Below are positions 58,812 through 64,000 of a stretch of DNA of 64,000 nucleotides, piece by piece. Under the pieces are notes generated by a model. That model saw nothing but the letters and a program-made list of their open reading frames with translations. It searched no databases and was not told the origin of the DNA. The stretch is from the NCBI GenBank assembly GCA_031835245.2, contig JAVKOQ020000090.1:62001-126000 (forward strand), given 5' to 3'. Numbering within the stretch: position 1 is the stretch's first letter; each line of letters opens with the position of its first letter. Both the position numbers and the translations under genes were made by a program. Origin of the DNA: Balamuthia mandrillaris. Lineage: Eukaryota.

Positions 58812-61800
58812 AGGAGAAAGAAACACAAGAACTGGACCACAAGTTAGAAGCAGTAGAACATGAGAAAGAAGAAGAAACAGTGTCTGAACTAGAGCCACAA
58901 CAGAAAACCAAAACGCAACAAATATGTACAGATGAAAAAGGACAAGAAAAAGGCCAAGGAATTGGACAAATGGAACGAGAGCAAGAAGAAGGAGGAAGAG
59001 GAGAAGAAGCACAAAAAGAAAAGGAAGAAGAAAAACAACAAGAGCAACAACACAAAGAAGAACATGAACATGAACATGAACATGAACATGAACATGAACA
59101 TGAACATGAACATGAACATGAACATGAACAAGAACAAGAAGAACGAGAACAACAACAACAAGCAGTAGAGAAACAACAAGAGCAAGAGGAAGAGGAACAG
59201 AAGTAACAAGAGGAAGAGGAAGAGGAAGAGGAAGAGGAAGAGGAAGAGGAAGAGGAAGAGGAAGAGGAAGAGGAAGAGGAAGAGGAAGAGGAAGAGGAAG
59301 AGGAAGAGGAAGAGGAAGAGGAAGAGGAAGAGGAAAGGAAGGAAGAGGAAGAGGAAGAGAAGAGGAAGAGGAAGAGGAAGAGGAAGAGGAAGAGGAAGAG
59401 GAAGAGGAAGAGGAAGAGGAAGAGGAAGAGGAAGAGCAAGAGCAACAACAGAAGCAAGAGCAAGAGGACCAAGAGCAAGAACAAGCGCAAGAGGACCAAG
59501 AGCAAGAGCAAGAGCAAGAACAAGCGCAAGCGCAAGAGCAAGAACAAACGCAAGAGGACCAAGAGGAAGAGCAAGAGCAAGAGCAAAAGGAAGAGCAAGA
59601 GCAAGAGCAAGCGCAAGCGCAAGAGCAAGAACAAAGAGGAGAAAGAGCAAGAGCAAGAGCAAGAGCAAGAGCAAGAGCAAGAGCAAACAAGAGCAAGAGC
59701 AAGAGCAAGAGCAAGAGCAAGAGCAAGAGCAAGAGCAAGAGCAAGAGCAAGAGCAAGAGCAAACAGAGCAAGAGCAAGAGCAAGAGCAAGAGCAAGAGCA
59801 AGAGCAAGAGCAACAAAAACGAGGAGAAGTAGAAGAAGAACAAGAAGAAGAAGAAAGAGACGAACATGAACAAGAAGAAAGAAGAGCAGTGGAACAAGAA
59901 GAAAGCAAAACAACAACGCAAGAAGTGCAACAAGCAGAAGAAGACTTTGAAGAAAACGAACATATAGCTAATATTGAAGACGAAAGACAAGGCATCATTA
60001 TTAAGGAACAAACAGAAGCTCCACCAGTAGAAGCAGTACCTCACAAGCACGAAGAAGGGGAAAAAGTAACTACAAGAGAGGAAGAACAAGAAGAAGACGC
60101 AGAAGGAGAGGAAGAACACGAAAATGAACTTGTTGAACGATTAAATGAAGAAGAAAAAGGACATGAACTCGACGACGACCACGATGATGAACAAAAACAG
60201 CAGATAGAAAGCATGAACGAAGAGAAAGAAGAAGCTGCGGTAGTCGCAGAGGAGACAACTAATAAGAACGAAGAAAGAGACAAAGAAGAAGCTAGTGAAC
60301 AAACAACGAAAGTCAGAAAACTAAGTCACAGACCTCCTTTGACGCCGGAAGAGCTTCAACGGCTAGAAGAAGTTCGTCAACGTTGGAGGAAGCAACTGGA
60401 AGAACAAGAAAAGCTTCAACGCATCGAAGAACAGAGACAAAGACAAATGGAGAAGCTGATGGAGGTCTGTCGTCATATGCAACAAAAACAACTCATTCCA
60501 CCACATCTGCAACAGCCACAACAATTACAAAACGAAGAAGACAGCAACAAGAAAAAGAGAAAGAAGGAGAAAGAGGAAAGGAGGAAGGAGGAAAAGAGGG
60601 AGAAGAAGAGAAAGGCGATGGCAGCGATAGCTGCAAAGTCAAAGCTTAAGAAAAGCAAAAAGGAGAAAGCCAAAGAAAAGACGAAAGAAAAGAATCCGTT
60701 CAGCTTGAACCTAAGCGGACTGTTGCTGTTGGATCAGGAAGAGGAGGAAGAGGAAGACGAGGAAAAGTCATCATTGAAATCGAAAATGAATGCGTTGCTG
60801 TCGCCAAGAGCCAAGTTTGGACTTGCAAAGTCCAGTGGAGCCTCTAGTGGCGTTTATGCAAGCAGTCATGCTTTTACTGCTCGCCCATATGTTGATGATG
60901 GTCCGTCATCATTCTTTCTGCTTTCTTAGTTGTTGTTATGCCCATATTCGTTAATCTTTATATGCTGGTTTCTCACATAATGAAAACAGAAGAGGAAGAA
61001 GAGAGCAAAGCAAACGGCAAGTCTAAGGCAAAGACAAGAGCCCTATTCAGCAAGTCCAGAGCAAAGACCTATTCAACTACTCTTCCAGACCTTGGTCCTT
61101 ACACCCAAAACGAAACTGAAGAGCAAGGAGATGATGAAGGGAAAGCCAAAAAGAAGCTATCTACCAGCGGAGATGATCAACCTACTCGCATACCGAGCAA
61201 GAAACAACGACGAAGAGGCAGTACTTTGACTTCTACTTCATCTGCATCCTTCTCGTTATCTACTTCTTCCTCTTCTTCTGTTGTTTCTTCTGCTTCTTTT
61301 CCGTCTTTAATCACCTCCTCCTCTTCTGTTTCTTCTACCTCTTTATCTCTGTCTTTATCCATGGATGCCTCCTCAGAATCACTTCTCACGTCTTCTTCCT
61401 CTTCTTCTGCCATTCCTTCTTATTCGAATCCTTCCTCTGCTTCATCCTCACCTCGAGGGGGATCTTCCATCAGCAGAAAGAAGAAAAAGAAGTTGTTGAT
61501 GCGAACAGCATCCAAAGATGATTTGGACGCCTCCTCGTTGCTTGTCAGCAGAAGAAAGCACCGTCTTCTCGTCGACCCTCAACTTACTTCCGCCAACTCC
61601 TCCAATTCTGATGTAACCTTGTCATCATCAGAATTATCACCTTCTTCTTCATCATCATTAACATCTACTACCTCTCGTTTGTCTCCTCGTTCTTCTGTAC
61701 AACCTACTTCTTCCATTGCTTCAGCCTCTGCCTCCCCCGCTTCTTCTTCTTCTTCCTCAACGGACGACAGGAAAAGAAAAGGTTCTCCAGGACCACACGT

Positions 61801-63463
61801 TTATCGCATTCACAACCCCAATCCCAACAATAACAACCACAAAGGACGTCATCTTCGCAGTAAAACAGAAGATGATCTTCACTTGTTAATGCTGTTGAAG
61901 CGAAGGAGGAAAACAGCGCATGGAGCCCAACAAGAGAAGTCAAATACTTCAGAATTTTCGTCCCCTCCTTCTTCATCTTCTCCTTCTTCTTCAGGAGATA
62001 GAAAAAGAGGATTTTCCATTATTCATTTCGTTGGAAAGAAAGAGAAAGACAAAAGCGGCACTTTCGAAAAAGTTTCTCCTCGTTCTTCAACTACCGCCAA
62101 GTTTTCTTTGGCTTCTTCTGAAATACCAGCGACGAGAAAGAAAGAAGAGAAAAAGGAAAAGAAGAAACAGGAAGAACCAGAAGCAGAAGAGGAAGACACG
62201 ATGATCATATTTTCCGAAGAAAATGAAGCGGTGGTCGTTGCCAACTCTCATATGTACAACTACGACAGTGTTCGGTTTTCAAACAACACCATAAAGACCG
62301 AAAGAGCGTCAGAACAGCTTATCCACAGCAACAAGTTGAGGATAGAACAATTGGCAGCTATTACCAGCAGTACTAGTGAATGGAACATTGATGACGATGA
62401 CGAGGAAGATAACGAAGAAGAAAAGGAAGGGAAAGCAAAGAAAAAGCAAACGAACAAGAGTAAAGCCAAACTTCATGATACAAAAGAAGCAGGAGAAGCA
62501 GAAGAGACGCAAAGCGCACAAGATCTTCTCAACAAATACTTTTCTCCTCGTGGACAACGGAATCAAGAACAAAAACAAGAAACAGAAGTGGAAGAAGAAC
62601 ACAAAACCAAAACTAAGTCGACCACAGCAACAAAAGCAACGAAACATGAACATCATCATCAACCCAAAGGCAAATCGAAACACGGTGCTCCTAAAAAGAA
62701 GAGAACGGAAGAGGAGAAAGAGGAAAAGAAGGCAAGAAAAGAGATGAGAGAGCTCAACAAGTATTTGAAGGAAGAAGCGGAAAGTGTACTTCTATATTGG
62801 CCTTTTGCCTCATCGTTCGATTATGTTGAAGTTGCGGGACAACAGCAGGAAGAAGAATTGGAGAATGTTGCCTCAACGACGCCATTAATTCTTCAAGAAG
62901 AGAATAGAGGACATAAAGAGGAAGGTCCTACAGCGAAGAAAGCACAACACAAAGACGAAAGAGCATCAAATCGCGAAGAGAAAGAGAATAGTGAAAAACA
63001 ACGCGTTGTAGCAAAGACACAGGTAGAAGAAAGTAAGCAAACTGGAGAAGCAACAGTTGAAAGCCATTCACCGGAGGAGGGAAGATGTGAGAAACCAACT
63101 TACAATGAAGAAACGGTGCCCGAAGTGGAAGGTGAAGGTTGTGAAACAGAAGAGACTAAGGAAGCAAAAGAAAAAGATAAAGAAGAAGAGGAACAAACCA
63201 TGAAAAGGAAAGAAAAAGATGATAAGGAAATTACCGCGTCTCACCCTGCCTCCGCTGTAGCCGACGAAGAGGAGGAAGAGGAGGAAGAACAAGATGAAAA
63301 GGAACGGCGAGAAGCAGCGCCACAGTTATCTCTGGCGGCGCTTACAATGAACCACCCAAACCCTGTCACGAGAGCGAAATCCTTGTTGAGCTCTTTCGGG
63401 GTGGCCGCCGTTTCCGCCAGCCTTGCTGCTTTGCTCACGTTCTACGCCTCCAATCCTTCTTAA
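58328..63463 (+). CDS. Large low-complexity Glu/Ser-rich protein with C-terminal hydrophobic segment; frame broken in the repeat tract
   Basis: Three consecutive acidic ORFs on +; TAA at 59204-59206 and frame breaks in (GAGGAA)n/(GAGCAA)n; probable intron ~60901-60989; ends SLLSSFGVAAVSASLAALLTFYASNPS*. Confidence 0.5.
59055..59815. repeat. Compound hexamer arrays (GAACAT)n, (GAGGAA)n, (GAGCAA)n
   Basis: Directly visible tandem hexamers encoding EH, EE and EQ runs. Confidence 0.9.
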
Positions 63464-63565
63464 GACTCCTCTGGGCAAATGGAAAACACCTTCTATGGGA
63501 CCTCCATGTATACATTCACAAACAAGTGCAAGACTTTGTTAAATTATTTGTTGCTTTCGTTTTTG

Positions 63566-63931
63566 TCATAACAACAAGTCTTTGGATCCAAAGGCTGAAG
63601 GAAGAGAGGGGAAAGAAGGGCTCATCATTGGGCTCTGTGGAGAGCCAGCGTGAAGCAGGAGCTCCAGACGAGCATCGGCACGAAGAGCGGCGACGTGCTT
63701 GTCCCTGCACAGCAGAATATCTGGCAGCTTTCGCAACCGCTTGATGCTCTCCGCAGCAACCCCAAAGTCCTCAGCCACAACTCTCCTCAGCTCAGCGATG
63801 GTCCTCCGTTCCAGCATCACTTCCATAAAGTCTTCCCCAAATTCTTCGATTTGTGGGCAACGCACCAGCAGTCGCAACGCTTCTTCGGGCTCTGCCGGTT
63901 GTTCTTCTATGACCGTCTTCGCAGTTGCCAT
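63566..63931 (-). CDS. Protein with an ANKRD40-like C-terminal ubiquitin-like domain (may extend beyond the window)
   Basis: LLVR...DFMEVMLER.TIAELRRVVAEDFGV...IKRLRKLPDILLCRDKHVAAL...LELL resembles the recalled ANKRD40 C-terminus (DFIEIELDR...IRKLPNTLLRKDKDVARL...LELVL). Confidence 0.6.
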   Translation of the reverse strand: MATAKTVIEEQPAEPEEALRLLVRCPQIEEFGEDFMEVMLERRTIAELRRVVAEDFGVAAESIKRLRKLPDILLCRDKHVAALRADARLELLLHAGSPQSPMMSPSFPSLPSAFGSKDLLL

Positions 63932-64000
63932 CGTGGTTGGTGCTGTGTTATGAGTCTTGCGAGCGGATTTGACGCGAGGGCTCTCTTGGGATGCTTTCTT

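Noticed and set aside
1..64000. tRNA or rRNA genes, CRISPR-Cas, prokaryotic operons
   Set aside because: None were recognised by eye; the window is spliceosomal-intron-rich eukaryotic DNA.

Overview
Gene-dense, intron-rich eukaryotic DNA with short introns full of (CT)n/(CTT)n microsatellites. The gene content (PA28, Nup133, EF-hand type II NADH dehydrogenase, giant-virus-like ankyrin repeats) suggests a free-living amoebozoan such as Balamuthia or Acanthamoeba; this is an inference. About 22 protein-coding loci are recognisable. Highlights: (1) an intact, very young Ty1/copia element (190-bp LTRs that read as identical, TTAAG target-site duplication, half-tRNA-iMet primer site) apparently inserted in a coding exon; (2) a bacterial-type C5 DNA methyltransferase that carries spliceosomal introns, is now decaying, and lies between two copies of a ~100-bp segment; (3) a ~1-kb poly(A)-tailed, highly structured retroposon-like insert just upstream of a METTL21-type gene; (4) a bacterial YfbM/DUF1877-like domain split by WGR and SAP modules; (5) tandem intronless A20-zinc-finger/F-box/Cys-rich paralogs; (6) a divergent PA28 with an altered activation loop and an HbYX tail; (7) a secreted (YDGGDVS)n repeat protein. 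All family assignments come from motif recognition by eye, with no database search. Exon boundaries are manual predictions.
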